Shown here: positions 19,737 to 20,694 of the stretch, piece by piece
Position numbering within the stretch: position 1 is the stretch's first letter
How the letters are laid out: each line of letters starts with the position of its first letter
Origin: Vicugna vicugna
Lineage: Eukaryota
Length of the DNA stretch: 20,694 nt
Assembly (NCBI GenBank): GCA_013265495.1
Contig: MU057887.1
Coordinates: 3,507,576-3,528,269, forward strand
Direction of reading: 5' to 3'
Position numbers and translations under genes: made by a program
The notes under the pieces: model-generated
Told to the model about the DNA's origin: nothing
The model's input: only the letters and a program-made list of their open reading frames with translations
Databases searched by the model: none

Positions 19737-20088
19737 CTGCAGTGGAAACAGCAGCGTCGCAGGCAGCCCCAGAGCCGGGGGGGGCCCCAGAAGTCGGGGG
19801 GGGGGCAGGTCGCACCCAACAAGCCTGGGGCCACACAGGGGCGCCCATGTGTGCGGGTCGTTCGCCTTCTGTGTCAGCCTCCACACACCTGACCTCTGAC
19901 CTGGGACACCGCAGTCTCCATGGGGCACAGCAGGGCCTCCCTCCCCACCATCCCGATAAAAGGAAGACTTTGAGACAAAAAAAAGCTTATGAAAGTAACA
20001 TCTTTACAGTCTGCTTCCCTCTTTCTGGCTAAACCCCACCAAGCAGAGCACCAGGTCACACAGGAAGCGGCACGTGGGGCACACCCAC

Positions 20089-20221
20089 CTGGAGTCGCAA
20101 AGCGGGCTGCTGCTGGAGATGCTGGACTCGGAGGCGCAGCGGCGGCGGGGCGCGGCCTTCCTCCCCGGGGCGCTGCCCAGCTCCTGCTCGCTCCTCGCAC
20201 CCCCAAAGCCATTGGTGAGAC
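20089..20221 (-). CDS. BRD1: BRD1 (BRPF2) internal coding exon, 5th from last, 133 nt; Ser/Arg-rich linker
   Basis: Translates as (G)LTNGFGGARSEQELGSAPGRKAAPRRRCASESSISSSSPLCDS(S), recognised as the BRD1 linker. Acceptor CTGTTGCAG|GT at 20222-20223; donor CCAG|GTGGGT at 20087-20088; phase 1 to phase 2. Confidence 0.95.
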
Positions 20222-20694
20222 CTGCAACAGAGGCACCGGGCGCCTGAGCTCGGCCCCCCAGCCGGCGGCTCCGCACACCCGACCTCTGACCCGGGGCTGG
20301 GGGGCGTCGTACGGAAGCGTCCCGCGCAGCCTGGCACCCGGCGCGCCCAGAACACGGGGCACGGATGCACCCGCGGGACCAGAGACAAGGGACAGTGAAC
20401 CCACAGCGGACTGGCCCAGGGAACACTGGTCTAAAGCAGCAGGCTCTCACGGCGAAGACAGCCTCGCACGGCCCCTCCCCAGACAAAGGTCGGACACCGC
20501 GCCCTCGTCAACTACGCGCCGCCCGGGCATCAGCACGTCCACGTCCCCAGCGTCTCAGCGTGAACCTCAGAAACACTCCGGAAACGCTGACACAGAAGGC
20601 GAACGACCCGCACACACGGGCGCCCCGGCTCCAGCAGCTACGAACCATCAGCACCACGGCGCGGGGGGGGGCCACGGCGTGGGGGCGGGGCCGC
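20090..20694. other. CpG-rich intragenic segment (CpG-island-like) covering a BRD1 exon and the upstream intron
   Basis: Very high GC with dense CpG, e.g. gcggcggcggggcgcgg and acgcgccgcccggg. Judged by eye; the observed/expected ratio was not computed. Confidence 0.5.

Noticed and set aside
1..20694. Prokaryotic-type novel system (defence island, CRISPR, retron, operon)
   Set aside because: Spliceosomal introns, LINE-1/MaLR repeats and a BRD1 orthologue identify this as mammalian DNA. I saw no foreign or engineered insert, and no tRNA, rRNA or snoRNA gene.

Overview
Mammalian genomic DNA, very GC-rich. The L1 3' ends look cetartiodactyl, possibly camelid (recognised from memory, not searched). 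The right end (17645-20221, minus strand) holds the last five coding exons of BRD1/BRPF2, a bromodomain-PHD-finger scaffold of HBO1/MOZ acetyltransferase complexes. These exons encode the Ser-rich linker and the C-terminal PWWP domain. All splice sites are GT-AG with consistent phases, giving 710 coding nt ending in TGA at 17645-17647. An AU-rich 3'UTR follows with three AATAAA signals, a Pumilio element and several miRNA seed matches. The remaining ~16.4 kb is downstream intergenic DNA with decayed L1 fragments (including a nested, inverted pair), a probable MLT1 LTR, a (GGAT)n repeat, a CTCF consensus site and short AT-rich islands that may be enhancers. Nearly all other ORFs in the track look like artefacts of high GC content. 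I found no convincing novel biological system. The best leads are post-transcriptional: alternative polyadenylation that would remove repressive elements, and two cryptic splice sites that would both give the same NMD-escaping, PWWP-truncated C-terminus.
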